Shown: in pieces, positions 25,978 through 41,419 of the stretch
Numbering within the stretch: position 1 is the first letter of the stretch
How the letters are laid out: every line of letters starts with the position of its first letter
From: Eledone cirrhosa
Taxonomy: Eukaryota
Reading direction: 5' to 3'
Assembly: GCA_964016885.1 (NCBI GenBank)
Contig: OZ024753.1
Location: 25,668,001-25,732,000, forward strand
Length of the DNA stretch: 64,000 nucleotides
Notes under the pieces: model-generated
What the model was told of the DNA's origin: nothing
The model's input: only the letters and a program-made list of their open reading frames with translations
The model's database searches: none
Made by a program: the position numbers and the translations under genes

Positions 25978-28690
25978 ATATTGTTATACTTTGGGAGGGT
26001 CATGTTGCCAATAAGAAACACACGCACCATTTGCTTTCACTTCAATTTATTATAATAAATTTATAAATTTAGGAATTTATAAATTTCCGGTTGGTTGGTT
26101 GGTTCCACAACCAGATGATTGTTTATATATTGTCAAAGTTCTTTTGTCACACATTCTGTGACCTCTTCAGTGACTGGGGATTCTTTTCTTTGTTTTTGTG
26201 CCTCTCCTTTGTTCTGTCCTACGCCATCTTGTTTTTGAGTGTGTTGTGTGCTTAGTTTGCGTATGTGTTACATCCGGGTGTCTGTGTGTGTTTATATTTG
26301 TTTATTTATTTGTTTATTTACATGTTACTGGTTGGTTGTTTGTTCTATGTGCGTGTGTGTTTTCATTTTGTCCTTAATTGTAAGTTGTGATGTTGTTCTT
26401 CCATTCATGTTTTCTATTTAATTTTGATTGGAGTTCATTTATGTTTATTGCCTCTGTGATTTGTCTAAACATTGCGTCTTTTCTGTGTGTAGATTCTATT
26501 TTTATTTCTATGTTCTCTAATTTACCCTTATGTTCTAGTTTAGCATGTTGGTATAATACAGATGATTCTTTACTATTTTGGAGGTCTCGCCAGTGTACAT
26601 TTATCCGTTCCCCTATACTACGAGCTGTCTCACCTATGTACACTATATTCTTATCTCTACATTGTCCTTCAGTACATCTTATTACATTTCAGTACATCTT
26701 ACTACATTTCTAGTTTTACAATTAATATGGGGGCTTAATTTACAGATTATACATTTCTTATCTATACAGGGAGGTCTTTGAAAAGGGTATGTATTGCTAA
26801 TAAGTGTTTTTATGGAGGTACCTAGTCTTTCTACTATCTTAATATTGAGTTTATGTTTATCTAGGGCCCTTCTAAATTTGTAAGCTAATTCACATCTAGG
26901 GGTTGTATCGATTAACATTACACTCTGGTATTTATTGCTAACATACCATGAGTTTATTCTATTAACCTTATTCCTAGTTCTTTCTATTCTATTCCAAAAT
27001 TTGCTCCTATACAAGGGGCAGGTCCCATTTGTGTCATTATTTACCATTTTTTTCCATTTGGTTCTGGCTCCTCTATATACTCTGATTTTATCTCTCTGAT
27101 TGTAACCAGAGAATTGCATACGATGGATGAACTGTTGTATATGTCTCTCTAGTTCTTTGGGGTTGTACATGCGGGACACATTTCTCATCACCCGTACCAA
27201 ATCCGCAACCAGTATGTTGATTTTGGTATGGTCCGAAACAGCTGAGTTTCGGTGGATCAGATATTTGGAAGTCATGGGTTTGGCATAATGGGAATGGAGG
27301 ATTTGTTTTTTGTTATTAATGGTATCTAAACAGAGCTCTGTGTCTAGTACAGGTAATCTATGGTTGGGGTCTTTGCTTGGGTAGTCTATAGTAACCCTAA
27401 TACTCTGGTGGATGGAGTTAGCTATTTGCTGGATGCTTTCCATTGTGTTTTTCTCTAATTCCTGACTGTTGTCTAGTGGGGGTGTTTTTACTACGATGTT
27501 TATATCATCAACGTAGCGGGAGTACATTATCAGGGTTAAGGGGTTGCTGTCTTCTAATTGTTCTTTAAGTTTAAGTTTAAGTCTATTGTCCCACCATACC
27601 ATGAATAGGTTAGCTATGTCACCTACAATGCTAACACCAATGGCTGCTCCCTCCTCTTGGGCATATGTTTTTCCATTAAATATGAACATATGTTCTTTAA
27701 GGGTTAATTTTATGCTGGCCCCCACCGCATGTGCAATCATTTTCTTTAGTTCATCGTGGTTTTCGGGTGTCCGTATGGCTCTGGTCCACCCGTTCCATCT
27801 ATCTGTGTGGGTTTTCTTGGCCATTGAGGTAATAGTAGGTGGTCTGCCTTTTGCTGGTCTTGTAGGGCACAGGTTGCTAAGGCCATATGTATCTAGATAA
27901 TCATTACTATAGGTACGTTTAAGTAGGAGTCCCAGCTCACTGGTATCAATCCCACGGAATTCAACATTGCTCTCACTGATCATTTCTACGCATTTCTCCA
28001 CAGCAAAATCCACGCCAATAGATGGATACAGGGACACAACATCCATACTACCTATTAGGTCCCTAGATCGGTTACTCTCGCCGATTCTGCTGAGGAGGTC
28101 CTCCGTGCTGTCACATATATCTGGAGACATTTCAATGATGGGGAGTATGATCAGGGAGAGGAAGTAGGAAAGTCTGTAGTTACTAGCAATATTAGCTCCA
28201 CAGACTGGCAGTGTTTGTGGTCCTGTGACAGGGTCACTGCTCGTTTTATGGTCTTTTCGAAGCCCATTCAACGCTGGCACGTCATTGTTCCAGGCCTGGA
28301 AGTTGTTGGCAGTCCTTTTGTTGGACTGAATTATATTTGTCCACATCATCATATGGGCATTGAGGGCTTTTTCCCTATCCTCATGCTCTTGTGGTGTTAC
28401 TTCTCTTGTGTTAGTGATGTGGGGTTGCATTGCCTGGATGTAGTTTGACAAACTGTCAATCGATATTCTGCCAGACTTGTCTGTTGGAAAGCATGCAATC
28501 TCTCCATTACGCGAGCGCTGCCATTTGCAGATTTTTCTCCCAGTTGCTGGGCCTCCATTCTATTATGCTTCTTGCTATACTGTCCTATAATATTTCTAAC
28601 TTTAGATCTAGCTATACTAAATTGTGCTTCTGTTTGTTCATCGACCTGCGACGGCAATTGCGTGCGTTTGTTAAAAGCTAAAGTCGTGGC
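25978..28690 (-). mobile_element. Penelope-like retroelement (RT + C-terminal GIY-YIG), frameshifted
   Basis: RT motifs SMDVVSLYPSI, QEEGAAIG, YSRYVDDI, LPVLDT in ORF 26682-28451. GIY-YIG VYIGETARSIGERINVH..ITEA..LNRKHEW in 26374-26643. Confidence 0.95.
26132..26174 (-). ncRNA. PLE hammerhead, probably inactivated (GAAA to AAAA)
   Basis: Minus strand GTCA-CTGAAGA-G-GTCACA..TGTGAC-AAAA-GAAC-TT-TGAC. Confidence 0.7.
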
Positions 28691-28696
28691 GTGGAC

Positions 28697-29820
<1,124 letters not shown>

Positions 29821-29859
29821 CTTTTTTTTCTTTTCAATGGCTGACAATACCTTACCGGC

Positions 29860-30040
29860 GCCACTCGAATAAGGTAGTTATTTAACCCATAAATGGAGCC
29901 CTAACATGTACTATCACCCCGGGCCTGGGCAGACCTGGGAGTCATGACAACTAAGGGGTAACTCCACATTCCCCACATCTCCTGAACTCCCGAACTGGAG
30001 CCTTGCCACTGGATGTAGTTTAATGTCATACCCAGGACAT
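29860..30040 (-). repeat. Unclassified GC-richer repeat-like segment abutting (TA)n
   Basis: Compositional island starting TGTCCTGGGTATGACATTAAACTACATCC on the minus strand. Family assignment is not verified. Confidence 0.35.
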
Positions 30041-30444
30041 ATATATATATATATATATATATAAATGAGAGGTATAGAGATTGTTTTAGCGAGAAGCTAA
30101 CAGCATTCTATAACATATATGCGACTATAACGTCAAGATGGGAAAAGTAGTTAACGTAAGATTTAGGAAAAATAATTTAAACTCATCTCAAAAGAGAATC
30201 AGGATACAAATTCATCCACAGAATTTAGTGCAATCCAGGGAAAAACCAATAGACCTTTAACTCATGATAAAATAAAGTTCAAAACACTTATCCTTCCTAT
30301 ATATATATATATATATTCATTAGTTAAGCAAAACAAGACCATAAATTTCACAAGCAAGACATTATTAAAAGATTGTCAACATATTTTAGTTTGATGTAAG
30401 GAATGTAGAGAATAATAATAATAATATTAATAATAATAATGTCC

Positions 30445-30562
30445 GTTTACAATTGTTTCGCAACTCCATATAAATTTCTGGATCAAATGACTATATGTCA
30501 TTATTGATCTGGTTCAGTTGAAAATAATTAACATAATTAAAGATAGAGCGGCTCATCGGAAT
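30445..30562 (-). ncRNA. Hammerhead-like motif with long stem II and CCGAUGA core
   Basis: Reverse complement of the 31171-31289 motif. Confidence 0.6.
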
Positions 30563-31170
30563 TTCAAAGGAATATAAATTAAAATAAGGAAAGAATGTTA
30601 CATAATGTAATGTTCCATATATTGGTATATGGTGTCCTGGGTGTATCAATTGTCTGACATAATCAAGCAGTATTCTTCTGTCGAGGCTGCATTGTGTGAG
30701 ATCTGCCTATGGGTAACAAGATGGCGGTCAATGGACATATTTACCTTACTAATCTTTTTCCTTCCGAGACCCTAACAACAGATGTTCCACATCTCTAGCC
30801 AGGCTCATTAAAAACCTTAAATTATTCAACATTGAACACTCACTACCATGGGATAGCTTAGCTAGGGCCCAACCGTTCAATGGACGAAGAAAATCTTGTG
30901 ATCTCTGTATTACCGAATCATATTATATAACTCTATCACGACCTCTACCGATTAACGATAGAATGGAGGTAACTATTAGCTGTCAACATCGAAGGGCTAA
31001 TTCCTTCGCCAACAGAATATTTGACCCAACATAGTCATCTAGCCCCATTTTTACTTGTAGCTAATAAGTTAAATAGCTATAACTAACTTAGATAATTATG
31101 TGAAAAACCAATATATTGAACATTACATTATGTAACATTCTTTCCTTATTTTAATTTATATTCCTTTGAA

Positions 31171-31289
31171 GTTCCGATGAGCCGCTCTGTCTTTAACTAT
31201 GTTAATTATTTTCAACTGAACCAGATCAATAATGATATATAGTCATTTGATCCAGAAATATTATATGGAGTAGCGAAACAATTGTAAAC
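31171..31289 (+). ncRNA. Hammerhead-like motif with long stem II and CCGAUGA core
   Basis: GTT-CCGATGA-GCCGCTC...GAGTAGC-GAAA-CAATTG-TA-AAC. Confidence 0.65.
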
Positions 31290-31596
31290 GGACATTATTA
31301 TTATTAATATTATTATTATTATTCTCTACATTCCTTACATCAAACTAAAATATGTTGACAATCTTTTAATAATGTCTTCCTTGTGAAATTTGTGGTCTTG
31401 TTTTGCTTAACTAATGAATCTTTTCAGCTCTGCGCGCCTAACTTCTCCATGAACCCAGCCACCTAGCTGCTTTCCACTGCATATTGCACATTGAGCACAT
31501 GCCTTTACGCTTTGGCTTCTAACTAATTAACCGATCTTTCCTCTCCTATCTCCTCACCTATCTCCATTTCTCTCTTTAAGATTGGTCACTCTTGAA

Positions 31597-31692
<96 letters not shown>

Positions 31693-31711
31693 TAATATAT
31701 AATATATACTA

Positions 31712-31756
<45 letters not shown>

Positions 31757-31757
31757 T

Positions 31758-31800
<43 letters not shown>

Positions 31801-32540
31801 TAATATACAATATATACTAATATATAATATATACAAATACGGACCCCGTCTAAACACTTCTCCCTAAGACGAACCCACAACATACACACGTCAACATACA
31901 TACCTACATCAGCATACATCTCTACCCACATATAAACACAATGACATACGTAAACACACATGTTCTATGGTGCAACACAAATATACACAAATTTGCATAC
32001 CTTTTGATGTCTATAGATATAAACGTGCCGACACACACACATACATAAACGCACACATGCATTGCACACTGATGGGAACATACATATTTGTGCACAGGTA
32101 TTCCAATACGGCAAGGCCTAATGAATTCCCCTTGCAGTACGTACAATCTGGACACACTCACACACACCTTGGTGTTATGCCAATACTATATATCATTTCA
32201 CACCTTTTATTATTAAGGTTTTTGATGTTCTATTGAGAGAATCGATTTTACTGAAAATATCGAATAATGTACACCATTTTACCAGAAAAAAAATACTAGT
32301 CCACCCACACACACACACACATTCTCTCACACACACACACACATATATACACACACACATACACACGCGTACATTAACATACAAAGAGACATACACACAC
32401 ACACACACACTTCTCCGTATAAGACAAGAGCTGAAAAATATCTTTTAACATGTTTAAAATATCCCCCACACACTTACAGACACATTCCTACTGACCAGCC
32501 CTCTACCACGAATTACTCTGCTACACACACACACACACGC

Positions 32541-32605
<65 letters not shown>

Positions 32606-33117
32606 TTTAATAGGCATTTGAACTGTCAACAGGCTGCGGTTCGCACACACATCCCTGCTGACCATTATCACAACAACGAACCTCTTTACTACTACTACTA
32701 CTACACACACACACACACACACATATTTGTTGTGAAAGATTTATCTCTCAGTCAGCCGACACAAACCTACATTTGGCGCAAAATCAATTTTTTACATTCA
32801 CATGACCTCTACCGACCAATCAAAATTGTTTTGACCACAAGAATTTTTGCAACATGAATTGGCGCAAAACTTATTTTAATACCGCTGGAGCCACTTTTTT
32901 AACATAAAAACAGGTAGAATTCCCAAAACTAATCAGATCAGAGCAAACATCACGGACGCTCTATCTCAAAATTATTTTTGAAAAGCATTAGACATGCACA
33001 ACCGGTAAAACTAAAAACCAAAACTGAATACTAACCAATACTATTACTAATTCTCACTTATTCCTAATTAAAGTATTTTCACTGTGAACAATTTGTCAGC
33101 ATTTTCTATTCCATTTA

Positions 33118-33152
<35 letters not shown>

Positions 33153-33157
<5 letters not shown>

Positions 33158-33345
33158 AACAAGTAAGACCCTGACGGCTGAGCTCAAGCCGTTTCGACGG
33201 CTAATTCTGTCCAGAATTAGCCGTCGAAACAGCTTGAGCTCAGCCGTCGGGGTCTTACTTGTTCCTATTACCCACTCTACTACCCTAAGTATTGAGTACT
33301 TTGGTGCGTTATGGTCCATCTGGTTCCTTACCACATTTCCTTCGT

Positions 33346-33347
<2 letters not shown>
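33153..33347 (+). mobile_element. Second copy of the TA-embedded fold-back element (arms about 33153-33209 and 33212-33268)
   Basis: GACGGCTAATTCTG-TC-CAGAATTAGCCGTC-GAAA. Same short-arm end (ATAGGAA) and same tail as 11462-11676. Confidence 0.88.
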
Positions 33348-33384
<37 letters not shown>

Positions 33385-33415
33385 GTATATGTATATATAT
33401 ATATAGTTCATCAGA

Positions 33416-33476
33416 CAGATGAACGATCCAGACGTATACTAATATTGTCTAAGGTCCTGAAACCTTTGGTAATGTA
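33416..33476 (+). ncRNA. Degenerate hammerhead
   Basis: CAGATGA..AGAC(13 nt)GTCT..GAAA-CC(TTT)GG-TA-ATGTA. The related fragment at 25863-25877 has intact TATGT-CTGATGA-ACGA. Confidence 0.45.
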
Positions 33477-34048
33477 GTAGTTATATATTGTGTTGTTCAC
33501 TTCGGGTCATTCCGTATCCGACACTCCTCCATCCACAAATCTATAGCTTAGCTTTAAGCCAGTTGAAATTACACAGGAATATAAACCTTGTAGAGCACTT
33601 ATTAATATGGAAATAAATTTCAGTTGTCATTTTTATAGTTTTGAATCCGAATATCTGAATGTAATTCACAGAAAATTCATGCATTGAGAGAATATATTAC
33701 ACATTGTCTGAAAATTATTATTCTATATTTCTTCTAAGTAGTATTGAATTATTTCACTCGTCAATCACACCTCGATATCAATTTTAAGCACCGTGAAAAT
33801 GTTTGTTATAGGAATTTTGAAATGAAACTGTTGTTATTGATTGAAAATAAAATGTTGTAAAGATTCCATTGATAAGATTGACAAGGTTTATCAAAATTTT
33901 ATATGTGGAAAGATAACAGCCATTGGTTATTTTATTTTATTTTTGGTAGCACCGAGGGGTAATTCCATGCTTTTAACGTGAATCAATAGTGAGCACCCAA
34001 TTTCCATTTTAATTAAAAAAATAATTACAACTTATTTTAATTTTAATT

Positions 34049-34345
34049 GAGGCACATCAAAAGCCCTAACACTAATATGCCCCTAATAAGAGGCACATCA
34101 AAGGTCCCTCACCGACAGGCCCCAAATAAGGGGCACATCAAAGGTTCCTCACCGATATACCCCTAATAAGAGGCACATCAAAAGTCCTCAAACCAATATA
34201 CCCCAAATAAAGGGCACATCAAAGGTCCCCCACCGATATACCCCTAATAAGAGGCACATCAAGGTGCCCCACCGATATATCCCTAATAAGAGGCACATCA
34301 AAGGTCCCTCACCGACAGGCCCCAAATAAGGGGCACATCAAAGGT
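34049..34345. repeat. About 40-bp tandem repeat, about 7.5 copies
   Basis: G(A/G)GGCACATCAAAGGT recurs at about 40-bp spacing. Confidence 0.93.
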
Positions 34346-34482
34346 TTACAATGGTTCTAGTGAAAGTTTCTAAGTTAGTGTGGAACTTTTCAAACGAAGA
34401 ACTCGTTAAAATAAACGTTACTGGAAAGCAGTAAAAGCTACGTTGCTCTTCACGTGGACATTTAGGTTGGGATTACATGCAT

Positions 34483-34780
34483 GGTCCCCCGTAATTTCTG
34501 TTGGAGTCGTAGGGACGCCGCCATGACGTTTCTAGGACATTTAAAACCTGACAGAGTCCATCTCCTTTTCAGAGAAGTGTACAAAGTGAGAGAAACGAAA
34601 GTGAGAAAGAGATACAGAGAAAGAACCGACCTCACTACTACACTGGTACTTTTTTATTGACCTCGAAAAGAGGAAAGGCAGAGTCGTCCTTGGCGGGATT
34701 TGAACTCAGAGAGGAGAGCCGGAATAAGTACCGTAAACTATTTTATCCGATGTTCTAACGGCACCACCACTTCACCGCCA
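34483..34780 (-). mobile_element. SINE variant with an alternative long 3' tail
   Basis: SINE head/core at 34640-34780 is joined to a tail ending TTACGGG(GG)ACCA. Confidence 0.65.
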
Positions 34781-35480
34781 TTTAGGTTGGGGTTACTACA
34801 TTTCAAATGTTTCCAATACTTTAATTTTCAAGTCAATCGGATGTTCAAACTTCAAACTACAGGTTTAGAATCTCCTAAAAGCCGACAATTACTGGTCAAG
34901 AAACCGTCTTGTGTAATAGTTAACAATACTAGCTCGTCATCCGAGGAATGTGGCGTTGGTCTCCTTGCAGGCACCTCCACTGTTTACCGTCTACAGAGAA
35001 ACATTACACAAGTTTGTCAACTATTACTTATAGTAATTTACATTAGAGCGACTACCTTTCAAATTTCAAAATTCTCAAATATTTCTAAAATTAATCTCAT
35101 ATTAGAAAAACGCTACAAATATATTCAAACGCAAAGAAGGGAAAGGCACGGCTCTAGGGTCACAGAAGAAGGGGAGGGGCTCGAGGGCGCGGCGGGTTGG
35201 GGATATATATATTTACAATATTTTTTTACTACTAACAGGATATTTTCTCTTCAACCCAATAGAAACTTTAGAGGTAGTTGAAATATAAATGGTTAATTAT
35301 GTATATAACTACATCACTATTGACATCTGTTGTTTTCTTCTGACATGTTTCACTATGAAAAACAACCTTTACTTCATTTTGATGCTTAGCTATGAATAAA
35401 ATGAGGCAATTTGAAATTCAAATTTATTTTACTATTTTGAATACACTATACTTGCTGAATATAAAAACAAACGTTTGCTG

Positions 35481-35540
<60 letters not shown>

Positions 35541-36735
35541 CTCTCTCTCTCTCGCTGTCTCTCTCTCTCACTCTATCTGTCTGTCTCTCTCTCCCCCTCT
35601 CTCTCTCTGTCTTCTTCCTTTGTTCTATGCATCATTTCTGATCGATGATTATATATAAGTGTATAAACTTATATATATGCACACACACACACACACCTAT
35701 ACATACACACACACACACATATCTATATCTATATATACATATATATGTATATATATAGATATGTGTATGAGAGTGTGAGTGTGTGCATACAGATAAATAG
35801 AACTCCCCCACCATATATATTTATATATGTATATACCTGTGTATGTGACTACAGCCGACATATCATGTCGTATGTATCAGTGTGTGGCTAGGCGGAGGAT
35901 TTTGTGATATTTTCTGTCTTTTTGATTGATTAGTCATGAGTCCAATGTAGACATGTGCAGACTTTGATTAAATATAGAATATATCTTTGTTTTTCATTCC
36001 TAATTCAATAAGACATTCTGGAAAGAAGGCATTAGGTGAAAGATAACTACACCAGTTTTCTCTTAGACAATTATATTATCTATATTCGGTTTGGTTTGGT
36101 TTGGTGGTTGTCTTCTAGACATTGTTTTCATTAACTAAATACGGTGAGTTTAACTAACAGCTTCTTTTTCCTGCCGTTCCCCAGCCAGATATCTGGTGTC
36201 CTCGGTCTCCAAACCCCGCAAACTCAGGAAGAGTGTACCCCGCTTGAGAAAGGAGCCCCGTGAGGTGGAATGGCGGTGTACAGCAGTTGTCAAGTTATAC
36301 TACCTAGCCTAAGGTGTACGGTCATCCCTTCCGCCATGTTTTTCAATTAACTACAAAATATCCTCGCTCGTTTAATATGTGAAATATTTAGTAGATTTGA
36401 CAAGACAACTAATGAGAATATTTCGTTTCTGAACTAAATATCGGTTTGTCTTCATCTGGAGGGGGCTGTAATGGTGGTGCTGGGGCATGACAACACCTCA
36501 CTTACTTTCTTTTGTTCAATTGTTTTGTCTTTTTTTAATTATTTGGTTCAGTTATCGGACTTTGGCCATTCTAGGGCAGTGCCTCAGACTTTGGCCATTC
36601 TGGGGCAGTGCCTTGAAAGGATTTAATCATTCATATCGACCACAGTAATTATTGTTTCAAATCTGCTGCTCATTTTATTGATCTCTTTTGATCGAACCGC
36701 TAGGTTACAAGAGTAACACACAAACACATATACCT

Positions 36736-36992
36736 GGTCCCGTAACCCAGAGGTAGTCGTAGGAGCGTTGCTAGAGCATTTTAAATCCTGGCGGAGCCTA
36801 TCTCTTCCTCTCCAGGTCTGAATAGATCAGATTTCTTCCAGAGAAGGGGAGAGATTAGAGAATGGAAGTTAGAAAGAGGAAGAATCGACTCCAGTACTTG
36901 ACTGGTTCTTTTTTTATCGACCTCGAATGGATGTGAGGAAAAATTGACCTCGGCGGGATTTGATGTTCTAACGACTCTGCAAATTCTCCGCC
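36736..36992 (-). mobile_element. SINE variant with an alternative long 3' tail (tail also at 23393-23510, 41085-41280 and 53972-54110)
   Basis: Shared GGTCCCGTAA..TTTAAA..CTCTCCAGGTCTGAA..GATTTCTTCCAGAGA block is linked to the SINE core. Confidence 0.75.
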
Positions 36993-36993
36993 A

Positions 36994-37437
36994 ACACACA
37001 TACAGACACATACACAGACACACACACACACATACACACAATCTCTCTCTCTCACACACACACACTCTCTCTCTCACACACACACACACAGACACCCCCT
37101 CTCTCTCTCACACACACACACACAGACACCCCCTCTCTCTCTCACACACACACACACAGACACACACACACACAGACACACACACACACACAAACACACA
37201 CCCACACACACACTCTCTCTCTCTCACACACACACACACTCTCTCTCTCTCACACACACACACACACAAACACACTCTCTCTCTCCCACACACACACAGA
37301 CACTCTCTCTCTCTCTCACACACACACACAGACACACACACACACACACTCTCTCTCTCTCTCCCACACACACACACACACAGACACTCTCTCTCTCTCA
37401 CACACACACACACGCAGACACACACACACACACACAG

Positions 37438-37500
<63 letters not shown>

Positions 37501-37523
37501 GACATACACACACACACACACAG
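36994..37523. repeat. Compound (CA)n/(CT)n microsatellite
   Basis: Direct inspection. Confidence 0.95.
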
Positions 37524-37838
37524 ATATGTAGCGGGATTCCATACAGTTTCCTTCCTCAAAATGTAACTCATAGGGTTATAAATATAAGACATCCCTCAAG
37601 CAGTGGGACTGAACTCGAAACCCCATAGATGCAATGCGACCACCTTAACTACACAGACATGACTGTACCTATAGTACTTAATTTTTAATATATATATACT
37701 GCACACATTTAACATACAAATAGACGCAAACACCTATATATGTGCACACACACATACACACATATTTATATAAGCACATATACACATTTAAGTATATCCA
37801 TACATACACGCATTTGTATGCACAAAAGCAAACCCATG

Positions 37839-37873
<35 letters not shown>

Positions 37874-37987
37874 GCACACATACAAACATATTTATATGCA
37901 CTTGTATGCGTATATATATACGCACACACACACACACACATATATATATATGTGTATATTTATATATGGGCACATATACAAAAATCC

Positions 37988-38022
<35 letters not shown>

Positions 38023-38801
38023 AAAGGTAAACAGAAATAACAACACATATATATATATACACAAACATATTCATAGGCATATATATATGTGTATATACTT
38101 ATATAAACACACATAATCTCACACATTTATCTTCGAATTTTTTGGGTCACTATGAGTTCCTGCCAATAATACATCCGATCAAGATTATTTATCTTTCTTT
38201 TTCTTTACCAAAGTTTTTCTTAAATATATTCAATATATATGTAAAATCAATATAGAATTCCGACAATGAAATACCATAACTAAACCATAAGAGACTTGAG
38301 AAAAATATCACATTTTTCCTACTCCAGTATGTCACGCGTCGTCTGTTCTTTCAATTCACTCAAGTTATGTTATACAACCGTGTGTAGTGCATCTATTGCT
38401 AGCAGGGTCTGTTCCATAGCAATCTATATATCGGCTATTCTCTCTCTCTCCTTGTCTTTACCCAACCGCTCTCACCTTCCTCTCTCTTTCCGATGATCTG
38501 TCTGTCTGCTTGCCTGTCTGTCTCTCTATCTCTATCGCTATATTTATCCTTTTTCTACCTACATCTCATACACCTTCTACTCATATTTTTTTTATATTTC
38601 TATTTATTTTTGAATAGTGACATGTGCTCCTACATATACAAGTCAAAAGAGACAGTTTTCTGTCTCTTTTGTCTAAATCCACAGCTTCCCGACGCTAACA
38701 TTCGTCAGAATACCAGAGAAAACGGAAGCAAACTAAAGTATTTCCTTCAACGGTTCGAAGACAGAAGAAATCACTGACAATTGAGAATGCTCCTCACTGA
38801 G

Positions 38802-39117
38802 AGCTGTGTGAATTAACACACTATTCAGAGGGGTAGTGTGTCTTATAGCTGTGTGAATTAACACACTATTCAGAGGGGTAGTGTGTCTTATAGCTGTGTG
38901 AATTAACACACTATTCAGAGGGGTGGTGTGTCTTATAGCTGTGTGAATTAACACACTATTCAGAGGGTGGTGTGTCTTATAGCTGTGTGAATTAACACAC
39001 TATTCAGAAGGGTAGTGTGTCTTATAGCTGTGTGAATTAACACACTATTCAGAGGGGTGGTCTGTCTTATAGCTGTGTGAATTAACACACTATTCAGAGC
39101 AGCGGTATGTCTTATAC
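38802..39117. repeat. 45-bp tandem repeat, 7 copies, with an internal hairpin
   Basis: AGCTGTGTGAATTAACACACTATTCAGAGGGGTAGTGTGTCTTAT; ACACACTA pairs with TAGTGTGT. Confidence 0.95.
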
Positions 39118-40142
39118 GTAGACAGAACACAACATAAAGGGTGTGTATAGTGCAAAGCAAATCAACCTCGATCAATGGAGATTACATTTCGTGTGTTACA
39201 TTTTTCACCGACCTTTGTAGCTCATTAGTTCCTATATAAGAGATGTAGTTTGGCGAATTAGCAAAGTTATTACAACATTAAATGGTACTTTGTGCTACTT
39301 GATCCCACTTTAGACTCTCTCAGTTAAAATCTCGCCAAGGTCAACTTTGCTTTTCACCTTTTCTGGGTCGTCGTCGTCGCCTTCTTCTTCTTCCTGAGAG
39401 GGTCCCTGGGGGCAGTAAAAATATATTGCTGCCTCCATTTCATGCTGTAAAACCTGATGGGCCTGCTCTCTGTCTTGAGAGGCGTGGGATGGGTGAACAA
39501 AGATTGCGTATTCTGAGACCCCAAAGTGGGTTCAGAAGGGATGAAACTTTGACAATTGGAACCAAGAAAATCACAAATCTTTCGGGTTCGATAAATAAAA
39601 TACCAATCTAGGAGTAGGAAATTAACTGTTAGCGTGTCGGGTCGGACGAGCTGCTTTGTAGTACCTCTTCCAGTGTTCTGAGTTCAAATTGCGCACACTT
39701 CCTGGCCCAACGTTGACAGGTTGCCCTAAAACCAGTTCAGTTGTTAGGCCACTTCTTTCAATGGATGAAAAAAAAATGACTGGGTGGAATAAGGGTTCCG
39801 TTGTATCCCAGACATGATCGATAGCGTGTTACTACAGCTTTATTTTAAGAGGTTTCGGGAGGGTGAACAAATATTCTTAGGTGCTAGTTATATATCAAAG
39901 TCTAGAAAAATGTCGCTGATCTTACACTGAAGTAGTGCAGGAACTATTTGAGGTTGTGGAGGGCAAGAAGTTGAAGTGTTAAAGTCGTTATTGCAAGTAG
40001 CCAACAAGACAGGAATAGAATGTTATAGCTTTAGCTGAGAGTTATATTTATGGTTACATTATATTGACTAATAAAATAGCGAAAATAATTTTACTTCCTA
40101 AACCTTAATGGCGACTACATTAACAACAAAAAGAACATAAAC

Positions 40143-40278
40143 ACCAATTGATAGTACAACACTGTTACCAATTGATAGTACATCGTTACCAATTGATAGT
40201 ATATCGTTACCAATTAATAGTACATCGTTACCAATTAATAGTACATCGTTACCAATTGATAGTACAACATTGTTACCA
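40143..40278. repeat. 21-24-bp tandem repeat (ACCAATTGATAGTACATCGTT), about 6 copies
   Basis: Direct periodicity. Confidence 0.92.
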
Positions 40279-40288
40279 AGGGAACGTC

Positions 40289-40591
40289 TATGCCGTTCTT
40301 AACCTTTTTGCCATAGCAGCACACCCGAGATACGATATTCCAGCCCGCAGCCCTAGTCCTAGCACATAAGACAAAAGAACTTGAATTTTCAGGTCTAATT
40401 ATCAGCTACTTAGCTGCTACTAATTAATTACAATGATTAATAAATAGAAATTGTTGCAAATAACAGAAACTATCATCATCATCAACATCATCTTTAATAT
40501 GACCTCTGTCCTTGCTTCTCCTCTCCCCCTCCCCCAAACACTGAATTTAGGACCCCTTGGGGGTACCGGCACCCTAAGTTAAGAACCACTG
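40289..40591. mobile_element. hAT (Charlie-like) MITE
   Basis: Right end GTTAAGAACCACTG is the reverse complement of CAGTGGTTCTTAAC. Degenerate left end CCGTTCTTAACCTTTT. Confidence 0.6.
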
Positions 40592-41419
40592 GGTGATGAG
40601 GTCGTTCGCTGTGGTAAAAATAACAACTAATTCTCACTCAAACTATACCCTAGTTTCTTTATTAATGACACATTTACAACTATGGTCCTTGGTTCACTAT
40701 GCCTGAGAGCAGGATATGATGATCACGGCTAGAACGTCTTAGGACCTTCTCAACCTGAGCTGACCTGGGGCTAAACAACAGCAACGACTATCAGTTGCAT
40801 AAAAAGCTCTAAATAATAAATACATCTTTGTGTGAGCAGTGAAGCGGCAAGTATCTGGGTATGTGCCCTTTCAAAATATTTTGAATGAGTGTACGCCCTC
40901 AAAAGAAATCGACTCTATTAGAAAATGTGCGTTTCCTGGTGTATATGTCAAAAAGAGGGATTATGGTGGACGATGTTTCAATTATCTCCACAACCACTCA
41001 CAAAGAAATGCTGCCATCTCCAGTAAATTTGCTAAAAGTTGGTCGCGACTGGTTTATTTGTTCCCTTCATTCTATGGCATTGTATGGTCCCGTAATTCTC
41101 TCACGAGGGAGCTGCAGGGGCACCGTATTGACACTCGGGATTTCCAGGGCACTTTTTAAACTTGGCGGATACCATCTCCTCTCCAGGTTTGAACACAGCT
41201 GATTTCTTCCAGAGAAAGATAGAGAGAGTGAGATAAAGGAAGTTAGGAAATGATAGGGAGGAAGAATCTACTCAGTACTTGAATAACGGGAACTTGACAA
41301 ACCGTTTCCGTCGTGACGTCCAGGCCTCCTCGGGTGTCCTCAGTTCACCAACTGTAATTTTACTCTATAAAATATGTGAGGAGTACATCTGACCCGAGCA
41401 AGGGTGTAAAGAGACGAGG

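Larger units (their letters stand above)
30315..31419. mobile_element. Non-autonomous PLE derivative: inverted arms (about 30315-30625 and 31110-31419) around a GIY-YIG C-terminal remnant (about 30755-31100)
   Basis: The arms are reverse complements. The spacer encodes ..RAQPFNGRRKSCDLCITES..INDRMEVTISCQH. Same family at 58900-60580. Confidence 0.88.

Noticed and set aside
34700-35281. 193-aa ORF, and 40839-41202 ORFs, as host exons
   Set aside because: They start or end within SINE sequence and have no recognisable domain.
38802-39117. Hairpin-containing repeats resembling CRISPR direct repeats (also 50815-51950 and 34049-34345)
   Set aside because: They are head-to-tail tandem units with no unique spacers.
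41288-41350. Minus-strand CTGAGGA...GAAACGGTTTGTC hammerhead-like sequence
   Set aside because: The stems cannot be placed consistently around the core.
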